Shown piece after piece: positions 18,956-26,696 of a stretch of 64,000 nt of DNA (position 1 is its first letter; each line of letters starts with the position of its first letter). The stretch is from Chloroflexi bacterium CSP1-4 (GTDB taxonomy: Bacteria; Chloroflexota; Limnocylindria; Limnocylindrales; CSP1-4), in contig LDXM01000004.1 of the NCBI GenBank assembly GCA_001443375.1, positions 75,266-139,265 on the forward strand. Direction: 5' to 3'. The notes beneath the pieces are model-generated. The model made no database searches. It was not told where the DNA came from and was given only the letters and a program-made list of their open reading frames with translations. The translations under genes and the position numbers were made by a program.

Positions 18956-19752
18956 CCGACTCGCTTCAGCTTGCCCGTCCGCTTGGCATAGCGCTCGGCC
19001 AGGCCGAAGACGCGCACGCCCAGCGGGATGAACACGACGGCCATGACCAGCAGCGGCCAGATGTCGCCGACGAGCGATGTGACCGGCGTGCCGTCGATGA
19101 GCCCCCGGCGCACGCCGTCGAGGATGTAGGTGGCCGGCGAGAAGCGGGCCAGGACCTGCATCCAGTCGGGCAGGATCTCGACCGAGTAGTAGACGCCGCT
19201 CACGAGCAGCAGCAGCGACTGCAGGACGAAGGTCATCTGCGCGCCACGCTCCACGTAGAGCAGCGGGAGCACGGCCGCCATCATGCCGATGCCCACGAAC
19301 GAGAGCGAGCCGACGGCCATGAAGACCGCGGCCGTGAGGAAGTCAGCGTGCGACAGGTCGAGCCCGAAGAAGGCGACCAGGACGGCCAGGATGACCGCCG
19401 TGCTCACCAGCCCGTAGAGGATGGCGTAGAGCGTCGAGCCCAGGAGCTGGGAGGTGCGCCGAACGGGCGCCATCATGGTGTACTCGAGCGTGCCCTCCCA
19501 GCGCTCCCAGGCGATCGTCTCGGCGATGAAGCTGAAGACGACCGAGAGGTAGTTCCAGAAGATCGCGCCGATCATCAGCGACAGGATCAGGCGCGGGTCG
19601 CCCTGCTCCTTGCCGATGAGCGTGATCGAGAGCGCTCCGGCCAGGGCGTAGACGAGGAATGCGGCCTCCCAGCCCCAGTAGCGCTTGGTGAGGTTGAAGT
19701 TCCGTTCGACGAAGGCGTAGCTCGCCTTCAGCTCGCGGCCCATGGCGCTCAT
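18952..19752 (-). CDS. ABC-2 type transporter permease (DrrB-like)
   Basis: 266 aa with 6 TM helices and ABC-2 family topology. GGGAG SD is 7 nt upstream of the ATG. Confidence 0.8.
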   Translation of the reverse strand: MSAMGRELKASYAFVERNFNLTKRYWGWEAAFLVYALAGALSITLIGKEQGDPRLILSLMIGAIFWNYLSVVFSFIAETIAWERWEGTLEYTMMAPVRRTSQLLGSTLYAILYGLVSTAVILAVLVAFFGLDLSHADFLTAAVFMAVGSLSFVGIGMMAAVLPLLYVERGAQMTFVLQSLLLLVSGVYYSVEILPDWMQVLARFSPATYILDGVRRGLIDGTPVTSLVGDIWPLLVMAVVFIPLGVRVFGLAERYAKRTGKLKRVG

Positions 19753-19770
19753 GTCGGGTCTCCCATGCGG

Positions 19771-19959
19771 TCAGCCCGGGTCGGCCGCGAGGCGCGACCC
19801 GAGCCGGACCATCGAGTGGCCGAGGCGCCGCCGGAGAGACGGCTGCGGTCGGCTCCGGGCTTGGTGGGTGAGATGGCGCCGGGCCTCCGCGGCCCGGCGC
19901 AGGTCGTCGATGCGGCGCTCGTGGAGGCGCCGCACCAGGCGGTCGTCGTGGACGAACAC
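19771..19959 (-). CDS. small basic protein (62 aa, pI very high) between the ABC ATPase and permease genes
   Basis: GTG at 19959 with AGGAG and 7-nt spacing. It starts 18 nt after the ATPase stop and ends 19 nt before the permease ATG. Sequence VFVHDDRLVRRLHERRIDDLRRAAEARRHLTHQARSRPQPSLRRRLGHSMVRLGSRLAADPG. Confidence 0.35.
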   Translation of the reverse strand: MFVHDDRLVRRLHERRIDDLRRAAEARRHLTHQARSRPQPSLRRRLGHSMVRLGSRLAADPG

Positions 19960-19976
19960 GGTTCGGCTCCTTTCGG

Positions 19977-20894
19977 TCAGTCGTCGTCCGGCTCGGCCTC
20001 CTCGACGTCGTCGTCGAGGGAGCGGCCGGTGAAGGTCATGAAGACGCTCTGGAGCGTCGGTGGCATGCCCAGCTCGTTGGCGACCCGGGCCTTCAGCTCG
20101 GCCGGCGTGCCCTCGGCCACGACGCGTCCCCGATCGAGGATCGCGAGGTGGTCGCAGAGGCGGTCGGCCTCGTCCATGTCGTGCGTGGTGAGCACGATCG
20201 TCGCGTCGTGCGTCGATCGGAGCTCCTCGATGAAGGTCTGCACGTCGAGCTTGGAACGGGGGTCGAGCCCCGTCGTCGGCTCGTCCAGCAGGAGAAGGGT
20301 CGGGCTGGTCAGCAGCGCCCGCGCGATGGCGACCTTCTGCTGCATCCCCCGGCTCATCTGTTCGAGGGGCCGGTCGAGGCGGGTCTCGGCGATGCCGAGT
20401 CGCGCCAGGATGCGCACCGCCTCGCCGCGTGCCACGGACGGCGCGATGCCGTACAGGCGGGCGGCGTATACGAGGTTCTCGGCTGGTGAGAGCTTCTTGA
20501 AGAAGGCCGCATCCGCGCTGACGCGGTTGATCAGCCGCTTGACGGCCATCTCGTCGCGCTCGACGTCGAGACCGAAGATCTCGATGCGTCCCGCATCCAG
20601 CGTCAGCAGCGTGCTGATGAGCCGGATCAGGGTGGACTTGCCGCCGCCGTTGGCGCCGAGGATGCCCAGGATGCCACCCCGCTCCACGCGGAGCGTGACG
20701 TCGTCCACGGCCACGACGGGCCGCTTGTGGCGGCCGACGACGAAGGTCTTGGTGACGTGGTCGATGCGCAGCGCCGGTAGGCCGGAGGCGACCGCGGGGG
20801 ACGCATCGTCCGGGCCGCACTCGGCGCGGCGAGCGGCGTCCGGCGTGACGGCCGGGGCGAGCTCCGTCCGGCGGGGCTCCAGGATGATGCTCAC
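19977..20894 (-). CDS. ABC transporter ATP-binding protein (DrrA-like)
   Basis: Walker A GANGGGKST, signature MSRGMQQKV, Walker B LLLLDEPTTGLD, H-loop. GTG start with AAGGAG 8 nt upstream. Confidence 0.85.
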   Translation of the reverse strand: MSIILEPRRTELAPAVTPDAARRAECGPDDASPAVASGLPALRIDHVTKTFVVGRHKRPVVAVDDVTLRVERGGILGILGANGGGKSTLIRLISTLLTLDAGRIEIFGLDVERDEMAVKRLINRVSADAAFFKKLSPAENLVYAARLYGIAPSVARGEAVRILARLGIAETRLDRPLEQMSRGMQQKVAIARALLTSPTLLLLDEPTTGLDPRSKLDVQTFIEELRSTHDATIVLTTHDMDEADRLCDHLAILDRGRVVAEGTPAELKARVANELGMPPTLQSVFMTFTGRSLDDDVEEAEPDDD

Positions 20895-20996
20895 GGGTCG
20901 TGCTCCTTGGTGGGTGCGATCGAGTCGAACGAGGTGGACGGGCCCCCGCGAAGGCGGGACGTTCGGCTTTCGATGGCACCCCGCAGGGAGCGGGGC

Positions 20997-21033
20997 AACA
21001 AAAAAGCCGGGGGGCCGATCCGGGCCCTCCGGC
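20997..21033 (-). terminator. intrinsic terminator (minus strand) between the 33-aa ORF and the ABC operon
   Basis: Minus strand reads GCCGGAGGGCC-CGGATC-GGCCCCCCGGC (10/11 bp stem) followed by TTTTTTGTT. This is the only A/T run of that length in the region. Confidence 0.6.
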
Positions 21034-21064
21034 TCCAGCGTCCTGGCGGCTTGGCCGCCTGTCG

Positions 21065-21166
21065 CTAGGTCGTGAAGGGCACAGATCTCCCGCTGTCGGC
21101 GGCGCCGAGAGGCGCGGCCGTCCGCAGCCGGAAGGCCACGGCGCTGGAGCGGAAGTTGGGCGACAT
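21065..21166 (-). CDS. small ORF, 33 aa (MSPNFRSSAVAFRLRTAAPLGAADSGRSVPFTT); candidate leader peptide or small protein
   Basis: ATG at 21166 with AAGGAG SD (plus ctcctt 21179-21184, 12-nt spacing). A promoter lies 40 nt upstream and a terminator 30 nt downstream. It is on the same strand and directly upstream of the ABC ATPase gene. Confidence 0.4.
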   Translation of the reverse strand: MSPNFRSSAVAFRLRTAAPLGAADSGRSVPFTT

Positions 21167-21213
21167 CTGTGCTGACGACTCCTTTCCCGGCGCGCGGCTG
21201 GCGCGCCGCCGGC

Positions 21214-21243
21214 AGGATAGGTGAGCGGGCGGTCGGATGTCAA
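21214..21243 (-). promoter_or_regulatory. sigma70-type promoter TTGACA-N18-TATCCT driving the 33-aa ORF transcript
   Basis: Minus strand has TTGACA (plus 21238-21243), an 18-nt spacer, and TATCCT (plus 21214-21219). A GGCGCGC-cagcc-GCGCGCC hairpin lies at the predicted 5' end of the transcript. Confidence 0.5.
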
Positions 21244-21350
21244 CCAGCTGTGCGCATCCTTGTGGACGGCCAGCTGTGCGCATCCTGTTGATGGGCTGAG
21301 CGCATCCTGCTGTGCGCATCCTGTGCGCATCCGTGTTGGTGTGCGCATCC
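21244..21350. repeat. array of six direct repeats (A/T)GCGCATCC immediately upstream of the -35 element
   Basis: Copies at 21251-21259, 21277-21285, 21299-21307, 21313-21321, 21324-21332 and 21342-21350, all in the same orientation. The first two are embedded in a 17-bp duplication CCAGCTGTGCGCATCCT (21244-21260, 21270-21286). The nearest copy is 7 nt from the -35 hexamer. Confidence 0.6.
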
Positions 21351-21753
21351 TGTCGGATCTCGCGCCGGCGTCGCGCCGCGCTGCCGCATGCCAGCCGGTC
21401 ATGCGGGCGGCCGAACCCACGCTCATCTACGGCTCGATGAGGACCCATCGCAGGGCGGTCGAGCGCGGAATCGAGGGCTCGGATGCCCCGGGGGCATACG
21501 GCTGGCCGGGGCATACCCGGTGGTGGAGAGTGGGACAGCGGGGCGTACAACGTGCGCGGCGATCGCCCCGCTGTCCTGCCGTCGCGGGCGGACCCGGACG
21601 GGGTCAGGCCGCGCGGTGTCGGCAAGTTGACACTCCGCACGTCGGCACGGAGTCGGTATGCGCCCTGCCGATGCGCCTACACTTCGTCTCGTACCCGATC
21701 GCCACACGGCGAGGGACACATCGCCGAGCGGCGACGGACATGCGGAGACGACC

Positions 21754-22299
21754 ATGCGCGAGCAGGCCATCCAATTCGTAGGCGAGCCGGGAGCCGGCGG
21801 CATCGCCGCGACCGTCGACGCGGCCGAGGCGGAGCGCCTTCTCGCCCTGCTCGGGGGTACGGGGCAGATCGAGATCGGCCTGGCGGCCGAGGACGAAGAC
21901 GATGTCGAGGGCCACCTCTTCGGTGCCGGCGCCATCGTCAGACTCATCGTCCGCCGTCCCGACGGCGACGATGTCGAGGGGCACACCCTCACGCTGCGCT
22001 TCCCCACGGCGGCGGAAGCAGCCAGGTTCAAGACGAAGGTGCTTGCCGGCGGTCTGCTGGTCGGTACGCTCATCGCCCCGGCGGCCGGGCTGGCCGGCAC
22101 GCAGGCGCAGGCGGCGAGCCTCGCCGACGCGAACGTGGGCGAGGCGCCGGCGGCGACGGTCCAGTTCCAGGCGCCGATCTTCCACGACGACAAGCTGCAG
22201 ATCGTGCTGCCCGACGATGCGGCGAGTGGTGGCAGCGGCGAGAATAACCAGATGGGTTCGGCCGTCGCCTGGATGACGCGAACCGACAGCAGCCGCTGA
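21754..22299 (+). CDS. hypothetical protein with internal DDVEGH repeat and one predicted TM helix
   Basis: ATG at 21754 with GGAGAC 6 nt upstream. Length is 181 aa. Repeated segment DEDDVEGHLFGAGAIVRLIV / DGDDVEGHTLTLRFP. Diverse, real-looking composition. Confidence 0.5.
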   Translation: MREQAIQFVGEPGAGGIAATVDAAEAERLLALLGGTGQIEIGLAAEDEDDVEGHLFGAGAIVRLIVRRPDGDDVEGHTLTLRFPTAAEAARFKTKVLAGGLLVGTLIAPAAGLAGTQAQAASLADANVGEAPAATVQFQAPIFHDDKLQIVLPDDAASGGSGENNQMGSAVAWMTRTDSSR

Positions 22300-22352
22300 T
22301 CGGGCCTGGCCCGGTCAAGACCCCGGCACGTGCCGTACACGGCGGTCGCCTC

Positions 22353-22964
22353 GTGCGACCGCCGTTTCGCATGACCGGCTCCGTCCGCGTTCCCTCGCCC
22401 CCGCGCTCGATCGTCGGCTGGATCGCGGCCGGGGCCCTCGATGCGAACCTGGCGGCCGTCGTCTGGCTGCTCGCCGAGGGCGGGGTCCCGGTCGTCGTCG
22501 CCGGTGCGCCGGGCAGCGGCCGCTCGGCGCTACTGGGCGCCATCCGCGAGCTGGCCGGTACGCGCAGTCGGCCAGCGCTGCCATCGCGCCTGCCGGGGAT
22601 CGTCGAGGGGCGCTCGCTCGAGGAGGTCCAGGCGCACTTCGCGGAGTCACCACTCGGCGCCAGCGAGGACGAGTTGCGCGGCCTCGGCGTCGTCCTCGTG
22701 CTCGAGGTCGCGGCGACCGGGCGGCGGCACGTGGTCGCCGCACACTACGTGCGACCCATTGAGCGCGACGGCCAGGGACACGTGCAGCGCCGGCCGCCGG
22801 CGCTGCTCGCGGCGTGGGATGCGGCGCGCGACGCCTTCGACGACTACGCCTGGGGGATCGTCACCGAACTCGCCGCGCGCGTCGGCCGCGAGCCTGCCGA
22901 GTTCGACCGTGAGCGGACGCGGCGGGCGACGCATCTGGCAGGCCTCGTCGCCACCCTGCACTGA
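22353..22964 (+). CDS. hypothetical protein with degenerate Walker-A-like motif (GAPGSGRSALL; Lys replaced by Arg)
   Basis: 203 aa. VVVAGAPGSGRSALLGAIRELAG resembles a P-loop without the lysine. No other recognisable motifs. Start is uncertain (GTG at 22353 or ATG at 22371). Confidence 0.35.
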   Translation: MRPPFRMTGSVRVPSPPRSIVGWIAAGALDANLAAVVWLLAEGGVPVVVAGAPGSGRSALLGAIRELAGTRSRPALPSRLPGIVEGRSLEEVQAHFAESPLGASEDELRGLGVVLVLEVAATGRRHVVAAHYVRPIERDGQGHVQRRPPALLAAWDAARDAFDDYAWGIVTELAARVGREPAEFDRERTRRATHLAGLVATLH

Positions 22965-23046
22965 CCGGGTGCGGCCGCGGAGCGGTAGGATTCGGGCGAA
23001 GTCGATCCCGCGCCATCTCCGCGCCGCCCTCCGAGGAGGCCCTCCG

Positions 23047-24465
23047 ATGCCTCAGCCGATCGTCGCCGCCTCCGCGTCCGAGCTCCTCGGGCTCCTCAGC
23101 GGCATCGCTCACCTGGACGGGGAGCGGCTCGTCCTCGACGACGCGGCCGCGTTGCGCGGTCGTGGCATCCGCGACGTCGTCTGGACCGCGACGTTCAGCG
23201 CGGACGAGGGGGCCCGGGAGGCGGCGCGCTGGATCGTCTGGGAGGCGTCGCAAGCGCTCGGCTGCCACTCGGCGAGCATCCACGAGCTGTACATGGCGCG
23301 TGGGCGCGGCGAGGTCGGTGGCTTCACCGTGCCCGCCATCAACCTGCGCACGCAGGTCTACGACATGGCCGCCGCCATCTTCCGGGCGGCCGCCGCGCGC
23401 GAGGTCGGGACGGTCATCCTGGAGCTGGCCCGGAGCGAGCAGGAGTACACCTTCCAGCGGCCGGGCGAATACATCACCGGCGCGCTCGCCGGTGCCATCG
23501 CCGCCGGCTGGTCATCGCCCGTCTTCGTCCAGGGCGACCACTACCAGTTCAACGCCAGGAAGTACGTCGCCGACCCGGAAGCGACGACCGACGGCGTGCG
23601 GAAGCTCGCGCGCGAGGCCGTGGCCTGCGGGTACGGCAACATCGACATCGACAGCTCCACCCTCGTCGACCTCTCCTTTCCGACGGTGGACGAACAGCAG
23701 CGCGTCAACTACCAGCGCGCGGCCGAGCTCTCGGCGCTCATCCGATCCGTGGAGCCTGCAGGGCTGACCATCAGCATCGGCGGGGAGATCGGCGAGGTGG
23801 GCAAGGAGAACTCCACCGAGGCGGAGCTGCGGACCTACCTCGACGGGTACCGGCTCGAGCTCGACCGGCTCGCGGGCGCCGGCGCGATCGGCCTGAGCAA
23901 GGTCAGCGTGCAGACCGGCACGAGCCACGGCGGCATCCCGCTACCGGGCGGGGGCGTGGCCGCGGTCAAGCTCGACTTCGGGACGCTCGAGCGCCTCTCC
24001 GCGGTGGCGCGCGAGTACGGCCTCGCGGGCGCCGTGCAGCACGGTGCGTCGACGCTGCCCGACGAGCTCTTCCACCGCTTCCCGGCCGTGCAAACGGCGG
24101 AGGTGCACCTCGCCACGGGCTTCCAGAACCTGCTCTACGAGCACCCGGCCTTCCCCGCCGACCTGCACCGCGAGATCGACGGCTGGTGCGGTGCGAATTG
24201 CGCGGAGGAGCGCAGGGAGGGCGAGAGCGAGACGCAGTTCATCTACAAGACGCGCAAGAAGGCCCTCGGGCCCTACAAGCGGACGCTGTGGGAGCTGACG
24301 ACCAGGGACGAGATCATCGCTGCGCAGGAGGCCAAGATCGGCTTCCTGATGGACCAGCTCGCGGTCGGGGGCACGGCGGCGCTCGTCGCGCGCTACGTGC
24401 GGCCGCTGGCCATCTCCCGACCCCTGCCGGAGAGCCTGCGCGGCGCCTCAGTGGCGCAGGGGTGA
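23047..24465 (+). CDS. class II (metal-dependent) aldolase family protein (F_bP_aldolase/tagatose-bisphosphate aldolase-like TIM barrel)
   Basis: ATG at 23047 with GAGGAGG 7 nt upstream. Motifs FTVPAINL, ...ISIGGEIGEVG..., ...VQTGTSHGG... and ...AVQHGAST... resemble class II FBA metal and phosphate-binding loops. Length is 472 aa. Confidence 0.6.
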   Translation: MPQPIVAASASELLGLLSGIAHLDGERLVLDDAAALRGRGIRDVVWTATFSADEGAREAARWIVWEASQALGCHSASIHELYMARGRGEVGGFTVPAINLRTQVYDMAAAIFRAAAAREVGTVILELARSEQEYTFQRPGEYITGALAGAIAAGWSSPVFVQGDHYQFNARKYVADPEATTDGVRKLAREAVACGYGNIDIDSSTLVDLSFPTVDEQQRVNYQRAAELSALIRSVEPAGLTISIGGEIGEVGKENSTEAELRTYLDGYRLELDRLAGAGAIGLSKVSVQTGTSHGGIPLPGGGVAAVKLDFGTLERLSAVAREYGLAGAVQHGASTLPDELFHRFPAVQTAEVHLATGFQNLLYEHPAFPADLHREIDGWCGANCAEERREGESETQFIYKTRKKALGPYKRTLWELTTRDEIIAAQEAKIGFLMDQLAVGGTAALVARYVRPLAISRPLPESLRGASVAQG

Positions 24466-24475
24466 GCGGCCCGGG

Positions 24476-25786
24476 TCAGGCGGCCGCGGCTTCCAGCGAG
24501 TCGACGAGGATGCCCAGCGCCCGGTCCACCTCGCCCGGGGTGGTCACCAGCGGCGGGATGATCCGAACTACCTGGGCATAGGAGCCGGCCGAAAGAACGA
24601 TCAGGTCGCGCTCGAGGGCCGCCGCCAGCACGCGCTTCACGACGTCCGGATCGGGCACGCGGCCGTCGCCCTGGCCTGGCCGGACGAACTCGAGGCCGAC
24701 CATGCACCCCAGTCCCCGTACGTCGCCCAGCGAGGGGAAGCGGCCCTGGGCCGTGCGTAGGCCGTCGAGCAGCTGCCGGCCCCGAGCAGCGGCGTTGGCG
24801 ACCAGCCCCTCGTCTTCGATCACGTCGAGCGTCGCGTTGGCGGCGGCGCAGGAGACGACGTTGCCGCCGTACGTGCCGCCGTGCGCGCCCGGCGCCCAGC
24901 GCTCGAGCAGCTCACGCCGCGCGAGGATGCCGGACAACGGCAGCCCCGAGGCGATGCCCTTGGCCATGACCAGGATGTCCGGCTCGACGTCCCAGTGGCG
25001 GAGCGCGAACAGCTCGCCGGTGCGCCCGAAGCCGGTCTGCACCTCGTCGGCGATGAGCAGGATGCCGTGCCGGCGTGTGATCTCGCGCAGCCGCGGCAGG
25101 AACGTCGGGGGCGGCACGACATAGCCGCCCTCGCCCAGCACCGGCTCGACGATGACCGCCGCCACGCGCTCGGGGAAGATCAGCTGGTGGAATAGCAGAT
25201 CGAGCCCCTCCTCCCAATCGCAGTTGCAGGCCTCGATGGGGTGCGGCCCGCCGGCCGCCCGGTAGCAGTACGGGAAGTCGGCGTGGTAGACCGATCCGGG
25301 CAGCGGCTCGAAGTGGCCGCGGTAGATGTTCTTCGCGCTCGTCAGCGCCATCGTCTGCGCGGTGCGGCCGTGGAAGCCGCCGCGGAAGGCGATGATCGCG
25401 GCTCGGCCGGTGGCGACCCGCGCCAGTTTGACGGCCGCCTCGACGGCTTCCGCCCCGGAGTTGGAGAGAAAGGCGCCCCACGGCCCTCCGGGCATCAGGC
25501 TGCGCAGCCGCTCGTAGAGGCGCAGGCCCGGTTCGTGGAAGACGATGTTCTGTTGCCCGTGCAGCAGCTTCGCGGCCTGCGCCTGGACGGCGGCCACGAC
25601 GCGCGGGTGGGCGTGGCCGGTGTTCGTGACACCGATGCCCGAGCTGTAGTCGAGATAGCGGCGGCCATCCTTCGCGATGAGCCAGGAACCCTCGCCGCGC
25701 TCGACGTCGATGTGGGTCACGCGGCCCCAGACGGCGGGCACGACGCCGTGGTCGGGGAGGGCGACTGGCGTGGTGGAGAGAGTCAT
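24476..25786 (-). CDS. class III PLP-dependent aminotransferase (GabT/putrescine aminotransferase-like)
   Basis: Motifs ...DYSSGIGVTNTGHAHP..., ...LLIADEVQTGFGRTG..., ...MAKGIASGLP.... Length is 436 aa. It is downstream of the pot-like ABC importer. Confidence 0.85.
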   Translation of the reverse strand: MTLSTTPVALPDHGVVPAVWGRVTHIDVERGEGSWLIAKDGRRYLDYSSGIGVTNTGHAHPRVVAAVQAQAAKLLHGQQNIVFHEPGLRLYERLRSLMPGGPWGAFLSNSGAEAVEAAVKLARVATGRAAIIAFRGGFHGRTAQTMALTSAKNIYRGHFEPLPGSVYHADFPYCYRAAGGPHPIEACNCDWEEGLDLLFHQLIFPERVAAVIVEPVLGEGGYVVPPPTFLPRLREITRRHGILLIADEVQTGFGRTGELFALRHWDVEPDILVMAKGIASGLPLSGILARRELLERWAPGAHGGTYGGNVVSCAAANATLDVIEDEGLVANAAARGRQLLDGLRTAQGRFPSLGDVRGLGCMVGLEFVRPGQGDGRVPDPDVVKRVLAAALERDLIVLSAGSYAQVVRIIPPLVTTPGEVDRALGILVDSLEAAAA

Positions 25787-25823
25787 CGGATCACCTTGCT
25801 CCTACGTGCGGGGTCGGCGTCGA

Positions 25824-26696
25824 TCACTCCGTCACCCGGCGCGGCGCCAGCGCTTCCATCGCCCGGCGCCGGCCGAGGAAGGAGGAGATGGCGATGAGCG
25901 CGACCGGGATGATGAAGATGACCGTCCCGATGACGTTGACCTGCGGTGGCAGGTTGTTGCGGATGGTGCCCCAGATCCAGACGGGGAACGTGTTGGTCGT
26001 GCCGGACGTGAAGTTGGTCACCACGAAGTCGTCGATGGAGAGCGAGAAAGCCAGCAGGCCGCCGGCCAGGATGCCCGGGAAGATGAGCGGGAAGGTGACC
26101 CTCCAGAAGGTCGTCCATTCGTTCGCCCCGAGGTCGGCCGCGGCTTCCTCGAGGTGGCGGTCGAAGCCCTGGATACGCGCGCGCACGGTGACCACCACGA
26201 AGCTGATGTTGAACATGATGTGGGCGATGACGATCGTCCGCAGCCCGAGCGGGTAGAAGATGCCCTCGGGGATGAGGCTCTTGAACGGTTCCAGGCTGGC
26301 CGAGGCCACGAAGAGCGTCAGCAGGCTGGCCCCCAGCACGATCTCCGGCGTGGCCATGGGGATGAAGATGAAGAGGTTCGTGGCGGAGCGTGCCCGGAAC
26401 GCGTAGCGCGTCAGGGCCAGGGCGATGAGCGTCCCGAGCACCGTGGAGGCGAGGGTCGCGATGACCGCCACGAGGATGCTGTTCCCGAGTGCCACGGCGA
26501 GGCCGGGGCGAGCCAGCGGGTTGGCCCAGGCGTCGAGCGAGAACTCGTGCCAGACGAAGTTGAACTTGCCCACCGGGTCGTTGAACGAGAAGGCGATCAT
26601 GACCACGATGGGCACCATCAGGTAGGCGATGGCCAGTGCCGTGAACGCGGGCAGGATCCCGCGGTCGACAGCCTGCGCCAGCCGCCTGGCCCTCAT
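25824..26696 (-). CDS. ABC transporter permease (PotC/PotI-like)
   Basis: 290 aa with 6 TM helices. EAA-like loop (...EEAAADLGANEWTTFWRVTFPLI...). ATG overlaps the upstream permease stop (ATGA). Confidence 0.85.
   Translation of the reverse strand: MRARRLAQAVDRGILPAFTALAIAYLMVPIVVMIAFSFNDPVGKFNFVWHEFSLDAWANPLARPGLAVALGNSILVAVIATLASTVLGTLIALALTRYAFRARSATNLFIFIPMATPEIVLGASLLTLFVASASLEPFKSLIPEGIFYPLGLRTIVIAHIMFNISFVVVTVRARIQGFDRHLEEAAADLGANEWTTFWRVTFPLIFPGILAGGLLAFSLSIDDFVVTNFTSGTTNTFPVWIWGTIRNNLPPQVNVIGTVIFIIPVALIAISSFLGRRRAMEALAPRRVTE

Noticed and set aside
21244-21350. Possible CRISPR array
   Set aside because: Repeats are only 9-17 bp with irregular 2-17 bp spacers and no cas genes. This is not CRISPR. 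Regulatory-site or REP-like repeats are more likely.
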